A stretch of DNA of 63,407 nucleotides, counting the filler, from Octopus bimaculoides (Eukaryota): NCBI RefSeq assembly GCF_001194135.2. It is 8 parts of 7 records of this genome, joined end to end, with 100 filler letters (N's around TTAATTAATTAA, not from the genome) between each part and the next. Parts side by side here need not be neighbours in the genome. Positions count along the whole stretch, not along the records: positions 23,915 to 40,579 come from NC_068993.1; positions 40,680 to 45,634 come from NC_068988.1; positions 45,735 to 49,335 come from NC_068996.1; positions 49,436 to 52,135 come from NC_068988.1; positions 52,236 to 56,635 come from NW_026321466.1; 3 more parts are not named here. One strand, given 5' to 3'. The notes under the pieces were generated by a model. The model worked only from the letters and a program-made list of their open reading frames with translations. It was not told the DNA's origin and made no database searches. Below, one piece after another: positions 39,211-53,300 of this stretch. A program made the translations under genes and the position numbers. The first letter of the stretch is position 1; the number at the start of each line of letters is the position of its first letter.

Positions 39211-39734
39211 TAGTGTGTGTGTGTTCGTTCCGTTGTCTGTAGTTCATTGTTCTAACGTCTTGTACCCTGATATGCATCTATATACACATGTAGATGTAAG
39301 TATGTACATATATGTGTGTATACATGCATATATATTCTTTGTATATATATATATATATATGTATATATATANNNNNNNNNNNNNNNNNNNNNNNNNNNNN
39401 NNNNNNNNNNNNNNNNNNNNNNNNNNNNNNNNNNNNNNNNNNNNNNNNNNNNNNNNNNNNNNNNNNNNNNNNNNNNNNNNNNNNNNNNNNNNNNNNNNNN
39501 NNNNNNNNNNNNNNNNNNNNNNNNNNNNNNNNNNNNNNNNNNNNNNNNNNNNNNNNNNNNNNNNNNNNNNNNNNNNNNNNNNNNNNNNNNNNNNNNNNNN
39601 NNNNNNNNNNNNNNNNNNNNNNNNNNNNNNNNNNNNNNNNNNNNNNNNNNNNNNNNNNNNNNNNATTTTGTTTCAATTAAGTTTGAGAATAATGATTTAA
39701 GTTAAATACTTTCGCCATTACAAAGCTGGGGTGG

Positions 39735-40145
39735 ACGGTGAGCTGGCAGAAACGTTAGCACGCCGGGCGAAATGCTTATCTCTATTTCGTCTGTCTTTTA
39801 CGTTCTGAATTCAAATTCCACTCGGGTCGACTTTGTCTTTTATCCTTTTGAGGGTCGATAAATTAAGTACCAGTTGCATACTATGGTCGATTTAATCGAC
39901 TGGCGTTTTCTCCAAAAATTTCAGGCCTTGTGCCTATAGTAGAAAGGATTATTAAGCTGGGGATGAGACGGCGAGCTGGCAGAGTCGTCAGCACGTCGGA
40001 CAAAAATGCTTAGTAACAGTTCAAATTCCACCGGGGTCGACTTTGCTTTTCATTCTTTCCGGGTCGGTAAAATAAGTACCAGTTAAGTACTGGTATTAAT
40101 GCTATCAACTTACCCCCTCCTCTGAAACTTCTGGCCTTGTGCCTA
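39735..40145 (+). mobile_element. Tandem pair of family-A SINEs
   Basis: Two successive heads and cores. Confidence 0.85.
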
Positions 40146-41597
40146 ACTAAAGTAGAATGAATTCTTAAACTGGGCTTAAGAAGATTGTGTCACAATCTTG
40201 GTATCAAAAGGTCAATGCTGATTTAAAAAAAAACTTATCTGATCCCTAATCGTGTCTGCTACAAATAATACATTCGTGTCTTTATGCGGTATTCTTAAAA
40301 TAGAAGAAAAATCTCCCTCACATCATAATCAACACCTCTTTGAAGGGAAAAAGTCACAGGATAATGCAGTCCAAAAGATGATGTTTAAATTTAAGATGAG
40401 ATAGTCACGGCACAAGTACTTCTGATAGAATAAGTACAATATTTAAAGAAAAGAAAAAATGAAAACTGAAGATGATTAGTTCAGTTAATTCCGTTCAAGA
40501 TGGTGCCCCAGCATGGTCGCATTCCAACGAGTGGAACTAGTCCGCGATATTGCGAGAAATATGAAAAAATTGCCTTTCTNNNNNNNNNNNNNNNNNNNNN
40601 NNNNNNNNNNNNNNNNNNNNNNNTTAATTAATTAANNNNNNNNNNNNNNNNNNNNNNNNNNNNNNNNNNNNNNNNNNNNTATATATATATATATATATAC
40701 CACATAACCTCCTAAAACTAGAAGCTACTATTAAGCATTTTCCGTCCTTACTAGCGGTTGAGCGTCCATCACTGACACGACATCAAGGAAGGTCGAAATC
40801 ACGTGATCTGGTGGTCTCGGCGCTGGGATTTATCGTCCCTCTAGCGATAGAAACAAAAGGGTATTTTGCACCAAAAGCCAATATCAAAGCTTCTCTCATA
40901 TCTTCAGCAGTATGCTATGTTCCAACAGAACGTGCTGTGGGTATAAACATTACCCCAAATAAGATTGTCTGTGACGTCAGTCGAGCTACGTCGATATATG
41001 TAATCATAAACAATGTTCTCAAAACTATGCTTATTCAACCTTACAAGAATGAAGGACAACTTAAAATAAGGAGACTCCAAGATATAAAAGATTAATAAAG
41101 GAGCGTATAAAACATACACTGACGTTTTCAGCTGCTAAACGGATACCACTATCGTTTCTAACTTCTAAATGCTGCTTGTCAATAGACCGTAGCACGAGCT
41201 AAACATTTGCATCATTCCACCAATACCTCTTTATTATTATAAAAGTTAACATCGCATGTAAATAAATTAGCATGAGATTACATTTACAAGGCTAGAAATT
41301 ATTAAAGAAAAAATAACAGCCTGTAAAACACAGGAATTCTATGTAAAATATAATCATAAAATATTCATGTCTTAATATAAATCATTTATATGTTATTAAA
41401 ATTCATGACTATAGGCACAGGCGTTGGTAACTATAGATGCAGGCATTGGTGTGTGGTGAGAAGCTTGCTTCCCAACCACATGGTTCCGGGTTCAGTTCCA
41501 CTGTGCAGCACCATGAGCAACTGCCTTCAGCTGAAGCTTGGGGCGGACGAAAGCTTTGTGAATTCATCTGGTAGATGGAAGTTGAAAGAAACCTATC

Positions 41598-41649
<52 letters not shown>

Positions 41650-41672
41650 GGAGAGAGAACCCATGGTATGTA

Positions 41673-41714
<42 letters not shown>

Positions 41715-42614
41715 NNNNNNNNNNNNNNNNNNNNNNNNNNNNNNNNNNNNNNNNNNNNNNNNNNNNNNNNNNNNNNNNNNNNNNNNNNNNNNNNNNNNNN
41801 NNNNNNNNNNNNNNNNNNNNNNNNNNNNNNNNNNNNNNNNNNNNNNNNNNNNNNNNNNNNNNNNNNNNNNNNNNNNNNNNNNNNNNNNNNNNNNNNNNNN
41901 NNNNNNNNNNNNNNNNNNNNNNNNNNNNNNNNNNNNNNNNNNNNNNNNNNNNNNNNNNNNNNNNNNNNNNNNNNNNNNNNNNNNNNNNNNNNNNNNNNNN
42001 NNNNNNNNNNNNNNNNNNNNNNNNNNNNNNNNNNNNNNNNNNNNNNNNNNNNNNNNNNNNNNNNNNNNNNNNNNNNNNNNNNNNNNNNNNNNNNNNNNNN
42101 NNNNNNNNNNNNNNNNNNNNNNNNNNNNNNNNNNNNNNNNNNNNNNNNNNNNNNNNNNNNNNNNNNNNNNNNNNNNNNNNNNNNNNNNNNNNNNNNNNNN
42201 NNNNNNNNNNNNNNNNNNNNNNNNNNNNNNNNNNNNNNNNNNNNNNNNNNAACAGACACCACAGAATTTACAAGACCCCTCCCTCGGTGAAAAACGTTTC
42301 GTGTACATAGAGGAGAGAGTGTTGTCACTCAGTGATGGGGAAAAAGAAAGACTAGATCAAAGACTAATGACGACTCAGGACTCAGAGGCAGCGAGTGGTG
42401 TTACTCAGTGTAGGATGAGTAGCAAACTCTTCATAATATCATTTTCAGATATCATTCATGTTATCATATTTTTAATTTGTTATTCACGTGCATTTTCATG
42501 TATCATTCATTATATCATATTTTATTTTTATAGTTTTAATTGTTATATGTCCCCACATATGTTGTAGTGTCTCCCACTGTATTATGCCTTTATGGCAAAA
42601 TATTGAAATAAAGA

Positions 42615-43210
42615 AGTTTGCTTACCAACCACATGGTACCGGGTTCAGTTCCACTGCCTGACACCTTGGGCAATTGTTTTGTTTTCTACTATAGCCGACC
42701 AAAGACTTGTGAGTAGATTTGATAGAAGGAAACTGAAAGAAGCCCGTCATATATATATGTGTGTGTGTGTGTGTGTGTATTTGTGTGTATGTGCTTGTTA
42801 GCCGATGTTAATGTGTTTACATCCACGTAGATTAATGGTTCTGGCTAAGAGACCGATAGTATAAGCACTAGGCTAACAAAGAATAAGTTTCAGGGTCGAT
42901 TTGTTCGATTAAAGGCGGTGCTCCAGCATGGCCGTAGTCAAATGTCTAAAATAAGGAAAAGAATAGAAGAATATATATATATATATATATATATACGTGT
43001 GTGTGTGTTTGTATTTGTGCTTGTCCTTCACCACCGCTTAACAACCGTTGTTGGTGTGCTTACTTCCTCTTAACTTAGCGTTTCGGCAAAAGAAAAGAGA
43101 ACGATAGAATAAGTAGTAGGTTTTTTTCTAAATGCACCCTGGAGTGAATTTGTTCGGTTAAAACCCTTCAAAACTGTGCTCCAGCATGGCTGTAGTCAAA
43201 TAACTGAAAT
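42615..43210 (+). mobile_element. Family-B SINE plus a duplicated tail
   Basis: Head at 42615; tails at about 42790-42960 and 43020-43210. Confidence 0.8.
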
Positions 43211-44339
43211 AAACTAAAAGCAAATAAATGTAGGCCTCGTTTAGCATTTGAATACCATAGCAAGGGGACTAGAAACAAATCGATCGTGTTTTCGTTTTTG
43301 TTCATATCAATTATTTAACGCAGGTACTAAATAGTTCCTAAGTGAAAATTGTAACTTTATGTCTACATTTCATACAAGAACATTAAATCCTCCTCAATGT
43401 AGTACTTAACGAAACCTGATCACAAATTTCTCAGATGTGCTTTAAACAGCGAAAGATGAACATCTGGGAATGGAGGATCATTAACGTCATTTATTATCTC
43501 CCATTGAATATCGAATTTTATATGATTATCTTACAAATGCCGAACTCCAACTTGTCTTAAAATCCAGCTCCAATAAAATTATCTATGTATGCGTGGGGGT
43601 GTGTGAAAAGGAAGAGCAGGAAGAGGAAGAGAAGAAGGAGGAGGAGGAGGAAAATAAGATTTAGAGGAGGAGAAAAGTGCAATGTAAATAGGTGTACGGG
43701 AGCAGAAGAACGACAAATGAAAGAAGAGGAAAGAATGAAAACGTAAATATTGTAGTGCTCCAGCTTAGTCACAAAAATTGGTTGAAGCCAGTAAAATAAA
43801 TTTTAAAAAGTGCATAAAAGTGATTAATTTTGCCCTTGACTCCACTGACGCAGCAGCTTATAAATATAATTGTATTCATTGGGCGGAGAGAATGATAATG
43901 CATATTGTGTGATTAACTTTCTGGACTCAAATTGAATACAGAGGTGAATATGTGTCGTATGTTCTGATTAAATTCTTCTTCTAAAATTAAGTAGGTGGGG
44001 GCTGCCTATTGAATATCAAACTGATCGCGATATTCATGTGGAATATTTTATATCTCTTGCTATTGGCAGATTATTTAGTATTAGAATAAACATACTTATG
44101 ATGAGATGTATTCAGACTATAGGTGGCGGGGTTGAATCATAGAAATTTTCGTTATCGTTGTTTACGAGGATTTTGATTGCTTGTGGTGCTTCTTCTTCAC
44201 TTATTAAATTTTGTTCTTCAACTGCAAACGCTCAGCGCATCACGATGACATTAAACGATCTATTGAAAGTGTCTTCATTTGAGGACATAACATTTCCAAA
44301 TATTCATATTTGAAGATGTTAATGAAAGTTTCACTGAAA

Positions 44340-44915
44340 TTATCGACACAGCAAACGTTTATAACTGCTAAACTAAGTACAACAACATGATATAAGCTAC
44401 CATTAAACTCTATTCCGACAACTATGTAAAGCCGCTGGAAAAGGGTAGAGGGTTGCTGCAGGAAGGCCATATATATTACAGTAAGTTTCGGCTTTTTGCC
44501 ATACCTGCAGAAAGAGTCAGAAATAGCTGTCAGAGAATTTCTACGACTTCAAAGCTCCAACATCTAACCTCACAATTTCTCCCCGATTGTAATTCCATAG
44601 ATTACTGTGTATGGGGTGTGATTGAGAAAGATGCCAATCATTGCCTGCAATACGAAGGCCGATCTGGTGGCCAAGATCAAGGAGACGTTGCTAGATCTTT
44701 CCAGGGACACAGTGAGGAAAGCATACGTCAGATTCCGGAGCAATGTTGAGACCACGATGGAAGCTAAGAGCGGTTACATTGAGTAAACCGTTATCTCTCA
44801 GCTGTAACCGGGTTGATATATTTGATTTTTTAAAATTGCTTTGCTTTTTGGATAGGATATGGTGGTTTCTTTTCTTTTTATGCGAAATGTCAAATTTAAC
44901 CCCAACATCCCATAA
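44340..44915 (+). mobile_element. Tc1/mariner-superfamily (maT/DD37D-like) transposase C-terminus and right TIR
   Basis: AAGRPY..., HTCRKSQK*LSENFYDF, PDCNSIDYCVWGVIEKDAN, KADLVAKIKE...AKSGYIE*; frameshifted. Confidence 0.8.
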
Positions 44916-44989
44916 TTAATATGAAAAAAGACTAAATATTTTACTTTTGGAACACAATTACATCTGGAAAATTAAACTGCTCTAGAATC

Positions 44990-45380
44990 AAATCTTCTTA
45001 TTGAATACATGCACAAACATTAACACAAAGAATACTGGTGCAACATACCGATCAAAACATATCAAGTGTAAGTATAAAAAGCCAGATATTGTTCTTTGGG
45101 ACAGAAAAGAAAAAGAATTTACCGTTATAGAGCACAGTTGATATGGAAATCTCTTCGAAAATCAAAGAGATAGATGTTAACTACGGACAACTGCTTCGAA
45201 ACTTCCAGCTTCTATATCCAGCTTACAATTTTACATTTATACAAATAATAATTGGCTCATTTGGTTTTGTGAGTAAATGCCTAACTAAAAGTTAGGATAA
45301 GCTTAGATCTTCAGGAGAAGACATCAGTCATGTAACTCGCGCATTATGACTAGGAGTCATTTTCATAGCATTCTTCGATG
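44990..45380 (+). mobile_element. R4/Dong LINE restriction-like endonuclease remnant
   Basis: KEYWCNIPIK...KPDIVLWDRKEK...YGQLLRNFQLLYP...IIIGSFG. Confidence 0.7.
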
Positions 45381-45589
45381 GCCAGATAACTGAAGAGATG
45401 CCGGTGTGTGCGTCCGCCCCGGCATCCGAACCTCGGAGTTTATCATGGCTACCGAATAATTGTCACATATTACTTTGAGATAAATTCATCAGATAAAAAT
45501 AATACATATATACATAGATAGATAGGAAGACAGAAAGTCTTCCTAACAGGTAGATGCGTATGCATCTCTATCCCCTGTCTCTCTCTTTT

Positions 45590-45634
<45 letters not shown>

Positions 45635-45930
45635 NNNNNNNNNNNNNNNNNNNNNNNNNNNNNNNNNNNNNNNNNNNNTTAATTAATTAANNNNNNNNNN
45701 NNNNNNNNNNNNNNNNNNNNNNNNNNNNNNNNNNTATATATACATACATGCATACATATGTGTGTGCGTGTGAGTGTATATATGTATATATATATACATA
45801 CATACATACATACATACATACATACATGCACATTATGTAGTCGTTGTTTATCGCCGGTTACTAAGTTATTATTGATTTAGCTCTATCATTGTTCATAGCA
45901 ATATAGGTGGCGTAAGTATACAAGGATATG

Positions 45931-45982
<52 letters not shown>

Positions 45983-46124
45983 AATGGATGAGTGAATTTT
46001 CCTTTGTTTACAGTTAACACAGAACATTCAATAAACAGTTACCACGATAGCAAAATTCACGCAAGTAACGGATATAACAACCTCTTCAAAGGCAGAAACT
46101 CCGGGTTAATATGCAGTAGTTTGT

Positions 46125-46484
46125 ATAGTATAAATAAATAAATGGAGTTAAACGCAGATGTTACTCAAATTCTTTTACCTCCGATATATGTTTCGAAGAC
46201 AACATTGGTATTATTCTAAAGGAATAACTGGTGTAAAATAATGTAATCTTCTTATCAGGGGAAGAAAGTGAAACATACTCAACAATAAGACATCACAGTC
46301 ATCACATTTGTTACAATGTCTTATTGTTGAGTATGTTTCTCTTTTTTTCCCTGATGAGAAGAATACATTATTTTACACCGTTTATTCCTTTGGAATAATA
46401 CCAATGCTGTCTTCGAAACATATGTCGGAAGTAAAAGAATTTGAATAATACCTGCGTTTAACTCCATTTATCTATTTATACTAT
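46125..46484. mobile_element. Foldback MITE, about 360 bp
   Basis: Two arms of about 170 bp are reverse complements around a 22-nt loop (cacagtcatcacatttgttaca). Confidence 0.8.
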
Positions 46485-47746
46485 GTATATATATACTCTC
46501 TCTCTCTTTTACTTGTTTCAAATGGACCCCAGGACTTATTCTTTGGAAGCCTAGTACTTATTCTATCGGTCTCTTTTGCTGAACCACTAAATTACGGAAA
46601 CGTAAACACACCAGCATCGGTTGTCAAGCGCTGTCGGGAGGACAAACACAGACACACAAATANNNNNNNNNNNNNNNNNNNNNNNNNNNNNNNNNNNNNN
46701 NNNNNNNNNNNNNNNNNNNNNNNNNNNNNNNNNNNNNNNNNNNNNNNNNNNNNNNNNNNNNNNNNNNNNNNNNNNNNNNNNNNNNNNNNNNNNNNNNNNN
46801 NNNNNNNNNNNNNNNNNNNNNNNNNNNNNNNNNNNNNNNNNNNNNNNNNNNNNNNNNNNNNNNNNNNNNNNNNNNNNNNNNNNNNNNNNNNNNNNNNNNN
46901 NNNNNNNNNNNNNNNNNNNNNNNNNNNNNNNNNNNNNNNNNNNNNNNNNNNNNNNNNNNNNNNNNNNNNNNNNNNNNNNNNNNNNNNNNNNNNNNNNNNN
47001 NNNNNNNNNNNNNNNNNNNNNNNNNNNNNNNNNNNNNNNNNNNNNNNNNNNNNNNNNNNNNNNNNNNNNNNNNNNNNNNNNNNNNNNNNNNNNNNNNNNN
47101 NNNNNNNNNNNNNNNNNNNNNNNNNNNNNNNNNNNNNNNNNNNNNNNNNNNNNNNNNNNNNNNNNNNNNNNNNNNNNNNNNNNNNNNNNNNNNNNNNNNN
47201 NNNNNNNNNNNNNNNNNNNNNNNNNNNNNNNNNNNNNNNNNNNNNNNNNNNNNNNNNNNNNNNNNNNNNNNNNNNNNNNNNNNNNNNNNNNNNNNNNNNN
47301 NNNNNNNNNNNNNNNNNNNNNNNNNNNNNNNNNNNNNNNNNNNNNNNNNNNNNNNNNNNNNNNNNNNNNNNNNNNNNNNNNNNNNNNNNNNNNNNNNNNN
47401 NNNNNNNNNNNNNNNNNNNNNNNNNNNNNNNNNNNNNNNNNNNNNNNNNNNNNNNNNNNNNNNNNNNNNNNNNNNNNNNNNNNNNNNNNNNNNNNNNNNN
47501 NNNCCGCACTTATGTGACTACTCGACACGACCTCCGCAGACACCTGGTTTCCTCCGTTGGTGGCACAATTCCCACCAACGGAGTGTCGGGACACGCCCGC
47601 GGTGCGAATTCTTCAATTTTTCCTTTTTTAGACAGAGCCGAAACTCATGTCTACCTTTGTTGACGGCAGGTAGCAAGTTTGACGCACATGCGCAGTGAGC
47701 AAACCGGAAGTAAGCAAGCTACTTACCACACAGCCTCTCCTACGCC

Positions 47747-47803
<57 letters not shown>

Positions 47804-49188
47804 CATCCAACCTGTAATGAAACACGTGTAACATGGAATTAAAAATGTTCCTAAGTTTTCTAGTCTTTTGTTTTGATATGTAATTACTCTCCAAATAGAA
47901 TTCACATGAAATTTCAAATGCTATGTGTATACCATTTAAAACAAAACATCCCTCTACATACATTTTATTAATGTGAACATGCAGATGTGCTTCACAACTA
48001 CACAGCTTGGCTTATGACTCCTTATATATGCTATATTTAAATATATTTATAATTACAGATCGAAATTATGCGTGGTTCAGTCCCACACATCCATACTGAC
48101 ATATCACGATTTTTCTCGGAATTTCAAGTTTTATTTTGTAGAAATATGTGATGTTATTATGTGCTAGCTCACCAATTTTTAGGGACTTTTTTCGTGTTAA
48201 ATTCCGATATAATCATGCTCTACACACTCAGCAGGGTGTTGGAAGAAAATTTCATTAAAAATATCCATCCTTCTGAAAGTCATGAGAAAATAAGTAGACC
48301 CATGTGAATTTTCTGAAACTCCTCTCCAACCCGAAGTAAAGCTTTTTCATAACAAATTCTAAGACAATCGGAATCTACAGTCTGAAGCGTGTTTGTAGAA
48401 AATTTCATTTAAAAAATCCATTTTCCTGAAAGTTATTAGAAAACAAAGTTGGAAGGGGAACATATAGGTATGTGGGTATGCCAAGCAATGAAATATTAAT
48501 TCGTTTTAGAACGAAGGCAAAGCATGCAGCAATTGAAAGGCAAAATTTAAAGCAGACATCTGTAAGATGAAAAATTGCGCCGGAAAAAATGCTTAACGGC
48601 ATTTCTTTGAGTTCTGATTTCAAATGCCACCGGGGTCGACTTGACCTTTCATCCCTTCGGGGTCGATAAAATAAGTACCAGTTGAATACTAGGGTTGAGA
48701 TAATCGACTAGCCTCCTCCCCCAAACTTACTGGCCTTGTGCCGAAATCCAAAACCAATATTAAAAACAATGATGAATAAATGAAGGATATTAACTGAAAA
48801 AAAAAAACTGAACCATAAAAGAAGCTGTAGAGATATTCGAACAAGTAATGATTGTCAAGTACAAATTCAAATGACACGTTACTTGTGTTCACGCATGCAC
48901 ATAAACTTTAGTCCAGTCATGAACACTTCGCTTCATCCAGGGCTCTATCATGGCCCATGCGTTACCGGAAGTTCATAATAAATATGTATATTTTAAAATT
49001 ATATCACGGATAGATGCAGGCGTCACTGTGTGATAAGAAATTTGCCTCTTCGCCAGTTCCGGATTCAATCCCACTGCGTGGGTGACTTCTACTGTAGGCT
49101 CGGGCTGACCAAAGCCTTACAAGTGTATTTAGTAGACGAAAATTCCAAGAAGCCCATCCTGTGTGTATGAGTGTATGTATGTGTGTTT

Positions 49189-49335
49189 GTGTGTGTGCGC
49201 GCGCGTGTGTGTGCGCGCGTGTGTGTGTGCGCGCGTGTGTGTGCGCGCGTGTGTGTGCGCGCGTGTGTGTGCGCGCGTGTGTGTGCGCGCGTGTGTGTGC
49301 GCGCGTGTGTGTGCGCGCGTGTGTGTGCGCGCGTG
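49189..49335. repeat. (GTGTGTGTGCGCGC)n alternating purine-pyrimidine tandem repeat
   Basis: About ten 14-nt units, running into a gap. Confidence 0.95.
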
Positions 49336-49435
49336 NNNNNNNNNNNNNNNNNNNNNNNNNNNNNNNNNNNNNNNNNNNNTTAATTAATTAANNNNNNNNN
49401 NNNNNNNNNNNNNNNNNNNNNNNNNNNNNNNNNNN

Positions 49436-49470
<35 letters not shown>

Positions 49471-50039
49471 GTATATCGATAAGATCGTACTTACATGTTT
49501 GATTCTATGCATATGTATATGTATGTCTATGTATGGTCATATAGATGCAGTGTATACCTATGTTCGCCGGTTTATCATTTAAGGAAAATAGACCGCGTAC
49601 TGTATGATCCTCAATTGCTTCAACGGAGGCATGTTTTATCACTCAAATGTCCCGCTGGTCCTCCTTGAATAATGTTGCACTAGGCACAATGCACAAAATA
49701 ATAAACCTCTATGCACTCAGATTAAAAAAAAAAACAATTGGCACTGCATCTGCTTTATTTGGTTCGTGTATAGGATATACACCACTGATTCCACTAATTT
49801 AGTAGTATATTACTAGTTCAAGACCTTTTCTAGTAAATCAATACGCAATATAGAAGACTTTTTCTTACAGACTTTAAGATTTCGTTCGCGGAAATATTGT
49901 CCTGGATCACACCTATTCTTTATTACGATGTGCAATTATCACCTGCTATGTCTACAGTTTCATCTATACATTATGAGTTGAACTTTCAATCAGCTCATAC
50001 ACGTACGCATATGCATGTGTGAATATGCTTGTATGTGAG

Positions 50040-50071
<32 letters not shown>

Positions 50072-50147
50072 NNNNNNNNNNNNNNNNNNNNNNNNNNNNN
50101 NNNNNNNNNNNNNNNNNNNNNNNNNNNNNATATATGGATAAAGGGTG

Positions 50148-50380
50148 GTCCAATATTATCTTTACGGTTATCACGTAAGCACTTTAAATTTGTTTTAAAA
50201 CATTTTATTACATTTAAATTTCTATCTTAAAAACTGAAAATAGAGCTTGACAAAATGCACTAAATTAGCATAGAATAATGGTGTGATATTCTTTTATAAT
50301 TAGTATTGAAGCTGTTAATCTATGAATGCGAATGAAATAGTTGAATAACTGTCAACCTACTTTTGGGCTCACCCTGTATA
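50148..50380. mobile_element. Tc1-derived MITE
   Basis: Degenerate TIRs AAGGGTGGTCCAA... / ...CCTACTTTTGGGCTCACCCTGTA. Confidence 0.55.
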
Positions 50381-53300
50381 TATAAATATAAATATATATC
50401 TATATGCCTGCAAAGAATGTGTTATGCATGGAAATTTGCATTCTAAAATCTAGCAAATTTTCAAATGTTTTCAATGAAATATGTAACTGAGTGAAATACG
50501 TACCGGGGTCGATAGACTCAACCAAAGACTTAAATGTGTTGCACCTGTATCACAGCTGTCCAAAGACTGGAATTAGTAGTTTTCAAATACTGTACGTGTT
50601 TCTATTAGATATAATTATGCTTCGAACACTGATAAAACAATTTCACTTTACCCCCTCATTAAGTGCATTATATAAGGCAAATATTTGATCGCTAGACTAT
50701 TCTAAGCAATGATAACAACAATAATAATAATGAGATCGACAGCGGTGTTAGGAGCAGACAGTTGCCTTTATGTCTAACCCGAGTGCTATCTCGTCATGAA
50801 CTATGAGATTTCATAAAGTCTATGTTATCAAAATAGAAAGGTGTGTCTGTGTCTAGTTGTGATTTTAATTATCCTATGATGATGAATTATATTTCAACTT
50901 AGATGATAAGTATTGCACACTGAATATACACTGTCAGAATTATAGTCATTGCGAATAAATCACTGATTTGTTCAATGTCCCGTATACGACAAGTTTTGCG
51001 TGTATATCTGTTTATTAGCGTTGATGTGGATATCCTACTGTGCAGATATTTCTAGAAATAAACATAAATCTGTGCGTATGTGCGTGTGTACGTTAGTTCT
51101 GTTTTCTCTCTTTCTCCCTTTCTATCATTCTCTCTTTCTCTCTCTCTTGCACATTTCCTCTCTCTCTCTCTCTCACTTTATTCACAAACATTACTAATAT
51201 TGACTTTAAGATAATTACACTGATAAACACACGAATAGAGCTCATTCACACATTAACGCTCGTATAATGTTTATATGCAATATTGACACCCGTATATAAA
51301 ATGATTAAATTTGGTAGCATACTTTTACCATCATACGTAATATCAGGAAATATAACATACGACAATTAAAATTAAACTTTTATCAAACGAACCGTGCTCT
51401 TTTCTATGTCTTTTGCTCCTGCCCTTGCTAATCCCTGCTGGAACAATTTATTGTAGCAAACTTTACCCATGCATTTGAATGAAGTCCTCCCGATTTCACT
51501 TAACATGTTCCAAGTATTATAAATATGATTGTTTAGATTTTATCGTTGTTAAGAAAATAACGATTTCTTTCTTTTTGAAAAGAAACAAATGTTGAAAGGA
51601 TGAAATGTTTACCGCTTTCTTTCTGTCTTTCTTTCTCCCTGTCTTTCTTTCTTCCTTCCTTCCTTTCTTTCTTTTTTGTTGTTATATCGCTTGGTCAGTA
51701 CGCAACAATGTAAACATTTTACATGTTATAACAAAACATCGGCTGCTCTTAAATTCATGTGACAGTCGCGCCTCATCTGTAATCATCTACACGACAGTAA
51801 CACGCAACTCGTATAATTATTTTACCCATTGACTTTAATTTATTTATAACTGAAAAGATCCGTTTTCCAATGAGGTGTATATCAAGATATATAACACTAT
51901 GTGCTCTTCTTTATGCACTTCTTGATTTTTTTTAATTGTTAGTCTGACGCATCAACGCTCATCGTTTGTTTCACCATCATGTGTGCGTTGTTTATTCATA
52001 TCTCATCCACCCCGTTAGATACTCATATACATCTTGCGTTAGCATTCTCTGTTTACCCCTTTCTCCCCAACTGAAAAACTTTACTGAAGAAATTAGTCAG
52101 CCAACAGACACTCGTGTATGTATATATATATATATNNNNNNNNNNNNNNNNNNNNNNNNNNNNNNNNNNNNNNNNNNNNTTAATTAATTAANNNNNNNNN
52201 NNNNNNNNNNNNNNNNNNNNNNNNNNNNNNNNNNNGAGACGAAGAGAATGTAAAACAAAGTATTGTAAAACAAAACGCTAGCAATGGTAATGTGTTTACA
52301 ACATATGGTTATTTGTTTATAATAGGAAGAATCGAAACAAATGCGTAATAAATCCTTTTGTTTAACTTCTCATTATAATTCAGATCTCAGAGTTGCAGAT
52401 AAAACAAACCCGGAAATATATCGACACCTATTTCAAACATGAAACCCTACTCAGCTGTATAAACCGGTTTCAGTTCACAGTTAAAAAATACGATCCGACA
52501 CAATATTGATGTCTCAACCAATCACAGAGCCAGAAAATCTTAGGGAGACGACTGACTAAATTGATGCTAGAATTTGCTTGCCAACCCTTACTTTTTAACC
52601 GTTTAATGGAATACCAATTTAGAATGACGTCACCGAAATTGTTATGGATAAATATATAGATAAACTGAAGTGCAAATCAAACTAAAACTATAATCTAATA
52701 CCCATGCAACAATTCTCAACGCTTCTAAAAGCAAACTTCGTTTGCTTACGTTTGTCGTAATTTGAATTTAACATATGATAGCGTCTCATAAAGCGNNNNN
52801 NNNNNNNNNNNNNNNNNNNNNNNNNNNNNNNNNNNNNNNNNNNNNNNNNNNNNNNNNNNNNNNNNNNNNNNNNNNNNNNNNNNNNNNNNNNNNNNNNNNN
52901 NNGAGTTCGAGTCCCACAGCTAACCACCTACACTTTTTGTCTGCAAATTAGGGGTAGGTTATCCTGTTCAGGTTATATTATTAGCATTGTCCTGCGTTTG
53001 AGAATTTAAAATCACTTCATTAACTTTCTAAGACATCTCNNNNNNNNNNGCGTTTGAGAATTTAAAATCACTTCATTAACTTTCTAAGACATCTCAACGC
53101 TTCTTGTTTACGTTTGTCGTAATTTGAATTTATATATAGATATAAATTTTATACATAGGGCATATAAAATTATTTCATCTGTGTTTTTTATACATCCAAT
53201 ATACAAAACTTCGTTATTAGTTATGTTATTCAATTATAGAGTATCTAACACAACATTCAATTATATGATGTCTTCAAGTTACAATCGTTATGGAATACAC

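Noticed and set aside
40800-40825. gtgatctggtggtc resembling GDSGGP codons
   Set aside because: Wrong strand for the protease, frame broken, no splice sites.
47700-47750. ACCGGAAGT ETS site and apparent splice donors
   Set aside because: The segment is the decayed minus-strand head of a family-B SINE.
52903-52940. GTTCGAGTCC B-box followed by a T run, possible tRNA 3' half
   Set aside because: The T-stem does not pair and the rest is in a gap; more likely a SINE or pseudogene fragment.
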